In this document: piece by piece, positions 9,299 to 17,418 of the stretch | How positions within the stretch are numbered: position 1 is the stretch's first letter | Layout: each line of letters starts with the position of its first letter | Source: an uncultured Lachnospiraceae bacterium | GTDB lineage: Bacteria; Bacillota; Clostridia; Lachnospirales; Lachnospiraceae | DNA: 64,000 nt | Assembly: GCA_946622195.1 (NCBI GenBank) | Contig: CAMOPH010000012.1 | Location: forward strand, 222-64,221 | Direction of reading: 5' to 3' | Notes under the pieces: generated by a model | What the model was told of the DNA's origin: nothing | Seen by the model: the letters and a program-made list of their open reading frames with translations, nothing else | Databases searched by the model: none | Made by a program: the position numbers and the translations under genes

Positions 9299-10813
9299 TT
9301 AATATTCATATTCAAAGATATTGGGTTCGTTCGAAGATTTGGTATAAACGTATGTATCTCCGTTTTCGATATACTCCCAGTCCGAATTCGTGAAAGTAAC
9401 CGTGGCATTGCCGTCATCGTCAACCACGATGTTTCCTTCCATGGGGTTGCCGTTATCATCGGAAATAATGAAATCCATTCTGTCATCATACAATTCTCCG
9501 ACTCCGTCATCCAGGAAGCAGAGTCTGAAAATACCAATCTGAACTTTGAATTTTCCGTCGCTGCCCATTGCAATCTGAAGATTGGGGTCACCCAAATCGT
9601 CCGTATACTCACCGATATAAAGACCTGCAAGTTTCTCATTATTGTTGGCTGTTCCCTGTCCTTCATCTTCGCCCGATATGCAAATCCATTCGGGTTCTTC
9701 ACCTGTTACTACCTCTTCAGAGATACCAAGTCCTTCGCGATGTTTTGATAATTTGTCGGTAATCTCGCTGCCGGTGCAATAATTAATATTGTTATTGTCC
9801 AAAAACTGCTTTAAATCATCCGGAAGTTCAGCGTCATTTCCGTCGGGGCCTTCGAATACGAAGATATTGTCTTCAAGCCATTTGTCATAATCTTTTTCAT
9901 ACTGCTCGTATTTTTTCTTGCTCTCGGCATCGTAATTGCCGTCTTCGTCCCATTTAAGATCGGTAGGGTAATCGGGACTTATGCTGAAATTATAAACATA
10001 TGTCGCACAGTATGCGTCTCCGCTGTATTCGGTTATGGGCGCATCCCCTCTTTTGGATTCGGGGAGATTGTAAATATTTATTCCGGGAGTTGCATAACCC
10101 ATCTGATATTCACAGTAATAATCATATATGTTTTCGCCCTTGCCGTTAATGCATCTGTAATTTTCTACCCAGAGAGCCGCTCCGCCGCTTCCTCCTTCGA
10201 AAATATATCCGTACTTGTTGAATTCTCCTCTGGACCTGTAATAATCTTCGGTAGAAGTCACGCATTTTAATTCATCGTCAATTACCATGATAATAAAGGA
10301 ATCAACTACAAACTCAGAGGAATACTCGCCGCGATCGATTTCATAATTAATTTTGATCCCGAGATCTTTGACCCCGTCGGCTCCGCAGTCGATATCAGCA
10401 TAGTAAACCGTAGACGAATAGTCAAATTCCGGACCTTCTTCGAATCCGAAATAATAGTCGACAAGATAATCTCCCTGTGCTTTAACCATTTCATCAAGCG
10501 TATAATAGTCGTCTTCGTCAGTGATAATATGATCGAACTTCGCTTCGGCCTCGTTGTTTAAAAATGCCTTTATCAAATCATCGTTGTTAACGGTCTCTGC
10601 CGCATTGCCTTCGTCACCGCCGCCGTTTTCGATATTTCCTTCATCTCCTCCGCCGTTGTCAGCGGCAGGATCCTTAACGGGATCGGGTGTCGGATTCTCA
10701 TTTATCATTCCGTCACCGTCCATTACCTGTATTCCCGGTAAGCATCCGGTAAGAGTCAATCCCAAAGACAAGGCTGTAATTACTGCCAAAAACTGTTTTC
10801 TTTTCATTTTCAT
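9299..10813 (-). CDS. acidic lipoprotein of unknown function
   Basis: Signal peptide with lipobox LTGC; duplicated NGGGDEGN linker; D/E/Y-rich. Confidence 0.75.
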   Translation of the reverse strand: MKMKRKQFLAVITALSLGLTLTGCLPGIQVMDGDGMINENPTPDPVKDPAADNGGGDEGNIENGGGDEGNAAETVNNDDLIKAFLNNEAEAKFDHIITDEDDYYTLDEMVKAQGDYLVDYYFGFEEGPEFDYSSTVYYADIDCGADGVKDLGIKINYEIDRGEYSSEFVVDSFIIMVIDDELKCVTSTEDYYRSRGEFNKYGYIFEGGSGGAALWVENYRCINGKGENIYDYYCEYQMGYATPGINIYNLPESKRGDAPITEYSGDAYCATYVYNFSISPDYPTDLKWDEDGNYDAESKKKYEQYEKDYDKWLEDNIFVFEGPDGNDAELPDDLKQFLDNNNINYCTGSEITDKLSKHREGLGISEEVVTGEEPEWICISGEDEGQGTANNNEKLAGLYIGEYTDDLGDPNLQIAMGSDGKFKVQIGIFRLCFLDDGVGELYDDRMDFIISDDNGNPMEGNIVVDDDGNATVTFTNSDWEYIENGDTYVYTKSSNEPNIFEYEY

Positions 10814-10825
10814 TTCTCCCCTAAA

Positions 10826-12049
10826 TTAAATCTCTTTTCCCGCACTCATTCCGGCTTTGTATCCGGATGCAAATGCAAAATGAAGATTGTATCCGCCGCA
10901 TTTTCCGTCCACATCGAGCACCTCTCCCGCAAAGAAAAGGCCTTTGCAGATTTTGGATTCAAAGTTTTCGTCGACCTCATCGATATCGACCCCGCCCTTT
11001 GTCACCTGTGCCTGATTGAACGAATCGTGTCCGGTGATTTTAATCCTGAAGTTCTTTATTATATACGAAATGTCTTTTGCGTTTTTACGGTTTTCGTCCT
11101 TTATTTTCTTAAGTAAAAGAGCTGCCGTTTTCTCTCCGAATGTAATCTCGAAAAATCTCCCGATTTCGCCATCCGGAATCTTTTCTAGGTATTCTTCCAG
11201 TTCGTCTTCGCTCATCTCGGGAAGAAAATCGACTATTATTATGCATTTCGCATTCTCTTCGAGAGGCTTTGAAAGAAATCTGCTTAAATTGAAAATGCAG
11301 ATTCCCGAAAGGGCATTGTCGTTAAACTGCAATTCTCCCTCTTCCGAACCGATTGTTTCGCCGTCGACTTCACCCGTAACCTTTGCCTTGAATCTGACTC
11401 CCGTGACGGCATTCAGATCTTTGTCGTCGGTAAGAAGTCTTGTTAAAACGGGATACGTAAAAGAAACCTTGTGACCGAGTTCTCTTGCGAGTCTGTATCC
11501 CGCTCCGTCGGATCCGAGCGAAGGATATGCTTTGCCACCGGTCGCAATGATTATTTTATCAAAATTAAGTTCTTCGCCGTCTTCGAAAGTCATGGCAAAA
11601 CAGCCCGCTTCTTTATTATACTCTCCGTTTGTTTCGCCTTCACTCTTTTTTTTGATTGATACTGCTTTTTTACGCGTTACAATATCGACCTTTTTTTCAA
11701 GAAGCATCGATGACAAAAGTTTTTTTACCGTATCCGATCTTTCGCTTCTTGGGTATTTTAAAGAATCCTTTTTGTAGGTAAGCATTCCTTTTTCTTTGAA
11801 AAACTCTTCAAGCCAGTCGGAATTAAGTTCTTCAAGAACTTTCCAAAAAGGATGATTTTGCCCGAAATTATAAGAGTCGCTTTTTAAATCGGAGTTGGAA
11901 TAATTACATTTCCCGCTTCCGGTCAAAAGCAACTTCTTAAATGGCTCTTCATTTCTTTCAATAAGCGTGACTTTATTCCCGCAGGATGCCGCAGCATACG
12001 CCGCCATTGCTCCTGCAGGTCCGCCGCCCACAACGCATATATTTGCCAT
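10826..12049 (-). CDS. BaiN/HI0933 family FAD-dependent oxidoreductase
   Basis: GGGPAG, KLLLTGSGKCN, ATGG, VTKGGV, GEVLDVDGKCGGYNL. Confidence 0.92.
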   Translation of the reverse strand: MANICVVGGGPAGAMAAYAAASCGNKVTLIERNEEPFKKLLLTGSGKCNYSNSDLKSDSYNFGQNHPFWKVLEELNSDWLEEFFKEKGMLTYKKDSLKYPRSERSDTVKKLLSSMLLEKKVDIVTRKKAVSIKKKSEGETNGEYNKEAGCFAMTFEDGEELNFDKIIIATGGKAYPSLGSDGAGYRLARELGHKVSFTYPVLTRLLTDDKDLNAVTGVRFKAKVTGEVDGETIGSEEGELQFNDNALSGICIFNLSRFLSKPLEENAKCIIIVDFLPEMSEDELEEYLEKIPDGEIGRFFEITFGEKTAALLLKKIKDENRKNAKDISYIIKNFRIKITGHDSFNQAQVTKGGVDIDEVDENFESKICKGLFFAGEVLDVDGKCGGYNLHFAFASGYKAGMSAGKEI

Positions 12050-12058
12050 GTGAATACC

Positions 12059-14284
12059 TTATTCTGCTTCGTATCCTGCCTGTTTAACGGCTTCCTTTAA
12101 CCTGTTGATGTCAATGTCTCTGTCTGTTTCAATGTTTACCTTCTTGGCATCAAGATCGGCAACTGCCGAAACCACACCGTCGATATCCATGAGTGCATCT
12201 TCAACATGCTTTTTGCAATGAGCGCACATCATACCGTTTACTGTAAATGAAATCATATTTTTTTCTCCTTTGTTTGCGTTTAACTCACATTCGCAACCAC
12301 TTACATTATAATTGTTTGCGTCGGAATTTGATATATTTTCTTTTGCCTGCGTCTCCGCATTTTGGTTAATATCGGTATCCGTCTTCTTATCAAGCTTCAC
12401 ACCCATAAGTCTTATCGCGTTAAGACAAACGCATATACTGCTTAAACTCATGCATGCCGCTCCTATCATGGGATTCAGCTTAAGTCCAATAAGCGGCTGC
12501 ATTACGCCTGCTGCCACGGGAATCATAAGGACATTGTAAAAGAATGCCCAGAAAAGATTTTCTTTTATGTTTCTTATGGTCTTTTGCGAAAGGCGGATTG
12601 CTCTTACAACATCCAAAAGGTCACTGTGCATAAGTACCACATCCGCACATTCTATCGCTATGTCCTTGCCTGCTCCCATCGCCATTCCGACCTCGGCACT
12701 TGCAAGTGCGGGCGCATCGTTTATGCCGTCGCCGACCATAAGAATTTTCTTTCCTTCTTTTTGCAAATCCTGTACGATGCCTGCTTTATCTTCGGGCTTT
12801 AATTCGTATCTGACCGATGAAACACCGGCCTCCCCGGCAATTTTTAAAGCCTTATCCTTCTTGTCGCCCGTAAGCATTATTGTCTCAAAGCCCATTTTGT
12901 TAAGGAGCTTCATGGCAAGCGGCGAAGTCTCTCTGACCTCGTCTTTGCTTACTTCGCCTTCAACGGAGACAACACCTTTTGTTACGGTTCCCGTCTTGTC
13001 AAAAACTATCGTATCGGTGCTTCTTAATCTCTCAAGGCTCTCGGCGCTCTTAAATAAAATACCTTTCTTTGCGCCTATTCCCATGCCGACGGTAATCGCC
13101 ACGGGTGTCGCAAGACCGAGTGCGCAAGGGCAGGATATTACAAGCACGCAGATTCCGTTCGAAAATGCCGTTTCGAAATCTTTTGTAATAAAGAACCATA
13201 CTGCAAACGTCACTATTGCAATGATGATGATTGCAGGCACAAATACCGCGGAAATCTTATCGGCAAGTCTTGCAATCGGCGCCTTGGTCGCACCTGCTTC
13301 CTTGGTCATCTTGACGATCTTCATTAATGTCGATTCTTCTCCGACATACTCGGCTCTGACTTTGACAAAGCCTTCTTTTACCATGGTGCCGGAAGTGACA
13401 TCGTCTCCGACTTCTTTTCTTACCGCCACGCTTTCGCCCGTTATTGCGGACTCATCAAAATCAGCACTTCCGAAAATTACTTTTCCGTCCACGCTTGCAG
13501 CTTCACCCTTTGAAATAAGGATGACATCGTCTTTCTTTATATCTTCAAGAGAAACCGTCTCTTCCGTCTCGTTACCGTTTTCATCAGTCTTTATTCTGAT
13601 GATTTTTTTGGGGCACATGTCTATAAGCCCTTCAATCGCATCCTTTGTCTTGCTCTTTGATTTGGACTCAAGATACTTGCCGAACGAAACAAGTGTTAAA
13701 ATCATTCCCGCGGAATCAAAGTAAAGATTCATCGAATAATCCATCGCTTTATGATGATTGCCGTTTTCAAAAGAAATAAGGATCATGAAAAGGCCGAAGA
13801 GACTGTAAATGAGAGCACACAAAGAGCCAAGCGAAACCAATACGTCCATATTTGTTCCGCCGGATCTTAATGCTTTGAATGCATTTATGTAAAAATGTCT
13901 GTTTAAAATAAGTACGGGTATTACCAAAAGAAGCTGACAAAGAGCATTTGTCGATATATCCCACTTGGGTCCCATAGCCACTGCCATAAGTATTACGATT
14001 ATGATTATCGATGCTATAAGAGAAGCTTTTTGGGTATCCTTCTGGGGCTTTGCTTCTTTTTTCTCTTCTTTGTCATCGAGAGAATATGCGCCGTAGCCTG
14101 CCTTCTTTACGGCTTCTTCTATTTTTCCTGTGTCTGTTTTATTTTCATCAAAAGAGACAATCATCAGCTCTTCCACGAGATTGACGTTTACCTCTTCTAT
14201 ACCATTTATTTTTCTGACGGCTTTTTCGACGTTCGCAACACAGTTTGCGCAGCTCATTCCCGTCACTTTAAAGCTTTCTTTCAT
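12059..14284 (-). CDS. copA: Cu(I)-type P1B ATPase with N- and C-terminal HMA domains, lacking the N domain
   Basis: GMSCANC, TGES, CPC, DKTGT, TGD, GDGIND, YN and MxxSS motifs, C-terminal GMMCAHC; only about 40 aa between DKTGT and TGD. Confidence 0.9.
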   Translation of the reverse strand: MKESFKVTGMSCANCVANVEKAVRKINGIEEVNVNLVEELMIVSFDENKTDTGKIEEAVKKAGYGAYSLDDKEEKKEAKPQKDTQKASLIASIIIIVILMAVAMGPKWDISTNALCQLLLVIPVLILNRHFYINAFKALRSGGTNMDVLVSLGSLCALIYSLFGLFMILISFENGNHHKAMDYSMNLYFDSAGMILTLVSFGKYLESKSKSKTKDAIEGLIDMCPKKIIRIKTDENGNETEETVSLEDIKKDDVILISKGEAASVDGKVIFGSADFDESAITGESVAVRKEVGDDVTSGTMVKEGFVKVRAEYVGEESTLMKIVKMTKEAGATKAPIARLADKISAVFVPAIIIIAIVTFAVWFFITKDFETAFSNGICVLVISCPCALGLATPVAITVGMGIGAKKGILFKSAESLERLRSTDTIVFDKTGTVTKGVVSVEGEVSKDEVRETSPLAMKLLNKMGFETIMLTGDKKDKALKIAGEAGVSSVRYELKPEDKAGIVQDLQKEGKKILMVGDGINDAPALASAEVGMAMGAGKDIAIECADVVLMHSDLLDVVRAIRLSQKTIRNIKENLFWAFFYNVLMIPVAAGVMQPLIGLKLNPMIGAACMSLSSICVCLNAIRLMGVKLDKKTDTDINQNAETQAKENISNSDANNYNVSGCECELNANKGEKNMISFTVNGMMCAHCKKHVEDALMDIDGVVSAVADLDAKKVNIETDRDIDINRLKEAVKQAGYEAE

Positions 14285-14304
14285 GAGTTAGTCCTCCTTA
14301 ACAA

Positions 14305-14333
14305 AGTATAACCCATCCCCGATTTATAATCAA
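14305..14333 (-). promoter_or_regulatory. putative copA promoter
   Basis: Minus strand TTGATT-17 bp-TATACT just upstream of RBS AAGGAGG; G-tract spacer (GGGGATGGG) loosely resembles CsoR operators. Confidence 0.55.
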
Positions 14334-14473
14334 TGAAAAAAGGAGCCCCAAAAGCCCATCATTTCGTCTTATTAATTCACTTGAAACCCGCTGCCAGAAA
14401 ACTTGGGGTCAAAAGAAACACTTCTTTTCACAAAATTTATTTACTCTTTGAAACCTTGATACATTGGTAAATA

Positions 14474-14540
14474 AATCTTTTGACATCTGAAAAAGTCAGT
14501 AATTGCATTAATTACAAGGCATTTTCGGATGTCTTTTTTT
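14474..14540 (+). repeat. left inverted repeat
   Basis: AATCTTTTGACATCTGAAAAAGTCAGTAATTGCA...; 31 of the first 34 nt match the reverse complement of 15776-15809. Confidence 0.8.
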
Positions 14541-14599
14541 ACAGGTTTTCGGTATTTTTAACAAAAATGAATTTATAGCAGAAAAAATTGCCAAACCCG

Positions 14600-14628
14600 T
14601 TGCAATCACTTTTCTCTTTTGTTATTAT
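14600..14628 (+). promoter_or_regulatory. promoter of the Rpn-family gene
   Basis: TTGCAA-17 bp-TATTAT with extended -10 TG at 14620-14621. Confidence 0.6.
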
Positions 14629-14805
14629 TCAAACACAAAGGTAAATCAATCTATTGATTTACAAATAAATCAAGTGGTTTTTCCACATCAGGATATTTCA
14701 GGTCGGATTCCCGACACCGAAGTAATTCGGATATTTTCCTGCTAAACAAATTAACAAACATATTATTAGCAGGAGAAAGCCAAATCTCCTGCAAGAGGAG
14801 GTATT

Positions 14806-15639
14806 ATGGCAAATGGGACACAGTCAAAAAGTGGCGTATTGGATCCGGAAACTTATGCTAAGGTAAAGGATCTTCGAATCATTGACGATGCATTATTTCG
14901 TCTTATGGCTTCAAGGAAGGATGTATGTCAGGAGATACTAAGAAATCTTTTGGATGACGATAATCTGGAAGTGATTGAAGTCACGCCTCAGGATGAGATG
15001 GTGAGTCTTTTCAGGGGAGTGATACTGGATGCTCTTTGCAAACTGTCTGATGGACAGTATTGCAATATCGAGATGCAAAAGAACGATAAGGAAAATGATT
15101 TAAAAAGGGTTCGATTCCATGCATCGATTGTTACAACGAATAAGACACCAAAAGGAAGTGACTTTTCACAGATTCCCAATGTAAAGGTATTGTATATATC
15201 AACATACGATGCACTGGGGAATAACCAGACAGTAACGCATGTATCAAGATGCCAGAGAATTGAAGGTAAATACTATCCGATAAATGACGGAGAAGATATA
15301 ATATTTGCCAACACGGAAATAGATGACGATACAAAACATTCAAGATTGCTTAAATTATTCTTAAAGTCGGAAAGCTTTTATGATGAGATGTTTCCGGCAT
15401 TAAGTGAAGCGATGAAGTTTTATAAGGAAACGGAAAGGGGGCAGGAAACAGTGAGCGAAGTAACAAAAGAATGGTTTAACGAAGGAGTTGCTGCCGAACG
15501 TATTAACACTGAGAAAGAAAAGAAACGCGCTGATGAAGCTGAAAAACGCGCGGTTTCTGAAAAGAAGCGGGCTGATGCTCTTGAAAAAAAATTAAATGAA
15601 TTAAAGAAGAAATTGAGGACAGAAGAGAAAACGAAATAA
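14806..15639 (+). CDS. Rpn family PD-(D/E)XK nuclease ('putative transposase')
   Basis: DDALF, RGVILDALC, NIEMQ (D...ExQ nuclease core), RVRFH, charged repetitive C-terminal tail (EKKRAD); RBS GAGGAGG. Confidence 0.85.
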   Translation: MANGTQSKSGVLDPETYAKVKDLRIIDDALFRLMASRKDVCQEILRNLLDDDNLEVIEVTPQDEMVSLFRGVILDALCKLSDGQYCNIEMQKNDKENDLKRVRFHASIVTTNKTPKGSDFSQIPNVKVLYISTYDALGNNQTVTHVSRCQRIEGKYYPINDGEDIIFANTEIDDDTKHSRLLKLFLKSESFYDEMFPALSEAMKFYKETERGQETVSEVTKEWFNEGVAAERINTEKEKKRADEAEKRAVSEKKRADALEKKLNELKKKLRTEEKTK

Positions 15640-15654
15640 AGATATTACAGACTT

Positions 15655-15693
15655 AAACCTACCATTCAAAAAGGATGGTAGGTTTTCTTTTTT
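15655..15693 (+). terminator. rho-independent terminator of the Rpn-family gene
   Basis: Stem AAACCTACCAT / ATGGTAGGTTT followed by TCTTTTTT. Confidence 0.8.
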
Positions 15694-15743
15694 CAACCCT
15701 AAAAGAATAAAAACAAAGTTTGTGAAAGATCACGAAAAGCAAT

Positions 15744-15809
15744 AAAAAAGACACCCAAAAAGTCTTGCAAAGCACTGCAATTACTGACTTTTTTGAATGT
15801 CAAAAGATT
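15744..15809 (-). repeat. right inverted repeat
   Basis: Reverse complement AATCTTTTGACATTCAAAAAAGTCAGTAATTGCA... matches 14474 onward. Confidence 0.8.
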
Positions 15810-15857
15810 AGAGATTTTCGGGGTGCCTGGCACCTTTGGCGTTCATCCGTTACAAAC

Positions 15858-15881
15858 GAAAAAGGGAGCAAAAAGCTCCCT
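15858..15881 (-). terminator. rho-independent terminator
   Basis: Minus strand AGGGAGC-TTTTT-GCTCCCT followed by TTTT. Confidence 0.6.
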
Positions 15882-16164
15882 CTCCCGTATTTCCCTGATA
15901 CCCCGACTGGCATAAGTTTTGGCCATAGAAACACACAGTATACAAAAGTTAATTCGCCGCAAAAAATTACACCCTTGTATATTTAAGTTGTGTCAAAGTG
16001 AAAAAATGCACGAACGTGCGGGATTGGTCCAGATTTTATTCCAGACAGGATTTGAATTTATAATACTACAGGCATTTTTTATAATCAATACTTTTTTGTG
16101 TATTTTTAACAACGTTTTTATATTTTCGTTGTTGATTTTACACTATTCAATCCTGCCTGAATTT

Positions 16165-17418
16165 CTATTCCGGATTCTCGTTTTTTGCGTTGGCGAGAAG
16201 GAGTTTGATTCTGTTTTGCTGATTAATCTCGCTGGCGGAAGCATCGTAATCAATCGCGATGATGTTTACGCCGGGATTCTTTTCCTTAACGATTTTCATG
16301 ACGCCTTTTCCGACTATGTGGTTGGGAAGGCATCCGAAAGGTTGGGTACAAATGATATTGTTTGTGCCTTTGTCTATATGCTCAATCATCTCTGCCACAA
16401 GAAGCCAGCCTTCGCCCATTTTTACACCGAGGCTGATATAGGGCTTAACAAGCTCGACCGTGTGCGCAAAAGGAGTGGGAGCTTCAAAATCGCTCTCTTC
16501 CTTGATGATGTTGATGATGTCTTTCTGTTTTCTCTCGAAAACCTTATAAGCAATCTTTAAAAGAGCGATGCTTTTTTTGTGTGTTCTGTACATATCATGC
16601 TCGATGATACGACCGTACACGTAGAAAAGAAGGAAGTCGAGAAGCCCTGCCATTACAGGCGCAGCGCCCTCGGAAATAAGATAGTTTTCAAGGTTTCTGT
16701 TGGCAAGAGGCGAAAACTTAACGTAAATCTCTCCTACGATTCCGACCTTTATTCTTGAATCCTTGGTCATGGAAATCGAAGCGAAATCCCTTACCATTTC
16801 CCTGTATGTATTCTTAATCTTTCCATAGGAAAGAAGGCCCGGTTTTCCGAGCTGATCCACGAGTTTTTTGGTCCAATAATCTGCCTTTTCTTCGGCATCG
16901 CCGCGATGAACCTCCATTGCCTTGGCCTGGTTGGTAAGTGTCATGATGACATCGCCGTAAAGCACGGAATAAAGCATTCTTCTTACCATCGGAGGCGAGA
17001 GTTTAAAGCCCGAGTTTTTCTCCATTCCGACAAAGTTAAGTGAGATAACGGGCATGTATCCGTAACCGGCTTTTTTAAGTGCCTTTCTTATAAGCGAAAT
17101 GTAATTGGAAGCTCTGCATCCGCCGCCTGTCTGTGTAAAGAAAAGTGCGGTTTTGTGAACGTCGTATTTTCCGCTTTGCAAAGCATTGATAAACTGACCT
17201 ACCACGAGTGTGGCAGGATAGCATGTATCGTTATGAACATATTTAAGGCCTGTCTCGATTACTTCTCTGCCGCTGTTTTCGAGGAGTTCGGCATCGTAAC
17301 CGTAGACTCTCATCAGCGAGGCCAGCATTTTCAGATGTCGCGGAAGCATTGTAGGAATGAGGATTTTGTAATCCTTTTTCATTTCCGCAGTAAATTCTAT
17401 TCTTTCGGCATCATTCAT
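16165..17418 (-). CDS. 2-hydroxyacyl-CoA dehydratase-related protein (C-terminal part of the CoA-activase/DUF2229 system)
   Basis: GLKYVHNDTCYP, QTGGGCRASNY, VGEIYVK, GEGW, QPFGCLPNH, NQQNRIKL. Confidence 0.85.
   Translation of the reverse strand: MNDAERIEFTAEMKKDYKILIPTMLPRHLKMLASLMRVYGYDAELLENSGREVIETGLKYVHNDTCYPATLVVGQFINALQSGKYDVHKTALFFTQTGGGCRASNYISLIRKALKKAGYGYMPVISLNFVGMEKNSGFKLSPPMVRRMLYSVLYGDVIMTLTNQAKAMEVHRGDAEEKADYWTKKLVDQLGKPGLLSYGKIKNTYREMVRDFASISMTKDSRIKVGIVGEIYVKFSPLANRNLENYLISEGAAPVMAGLLDFLLFYVYGRIIEHDMYRTHKKSIALLKIAYKVFERKQKDIINIIKEESDFEAPTPFAHTVELVKPYISLGVKMGEGWLLVAEMIEHIDKGTNNIICTQPFGCLPNHIVGKGVMKIVKEKNPGVNIIAIDYDASASEINQQNRIKLLLANAKNENPE

Larger units (their letters stand above)
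14474..15809. mobile_element. putative non-autonomous cassette carrying an Rpn-family gene between inverted repeats
   Basis: Degenerate inverted repeats at both ends enclosing promoter, gene and terminator; AT-rich; no DDE transposase and no target duplication seen. Confidence 0.5.

Noticed and set aside
12567-13724. 385-aa plus-strand ORF (and the many other short antisense ORFs)
   Set aside because: Fully antisense to a well-supported gene, S/P/T-rich shadow translation with no recognisable motif.
14636-14700. Possible c-di-GMP-I riboswitch (AAGGTAAA start)
   Set aside because: No GAAA tetraloop, no GCAAAG junction and no matching P2; kept only as an unknown structured leader.
14806-15639. 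Calling the Rpn gene a bona fide IS transposase
   Set aside because: No DDE or HUH motif and no target-site duplication; transposase activity is not established for this family.
15919-16560. 213-aa plus-strand ORF with hydrophobic stretch
   Set aside because: TTG start without RBS, hydrophobicity comes from T-rich DNA, and the 3' part is antisense to a real gene.
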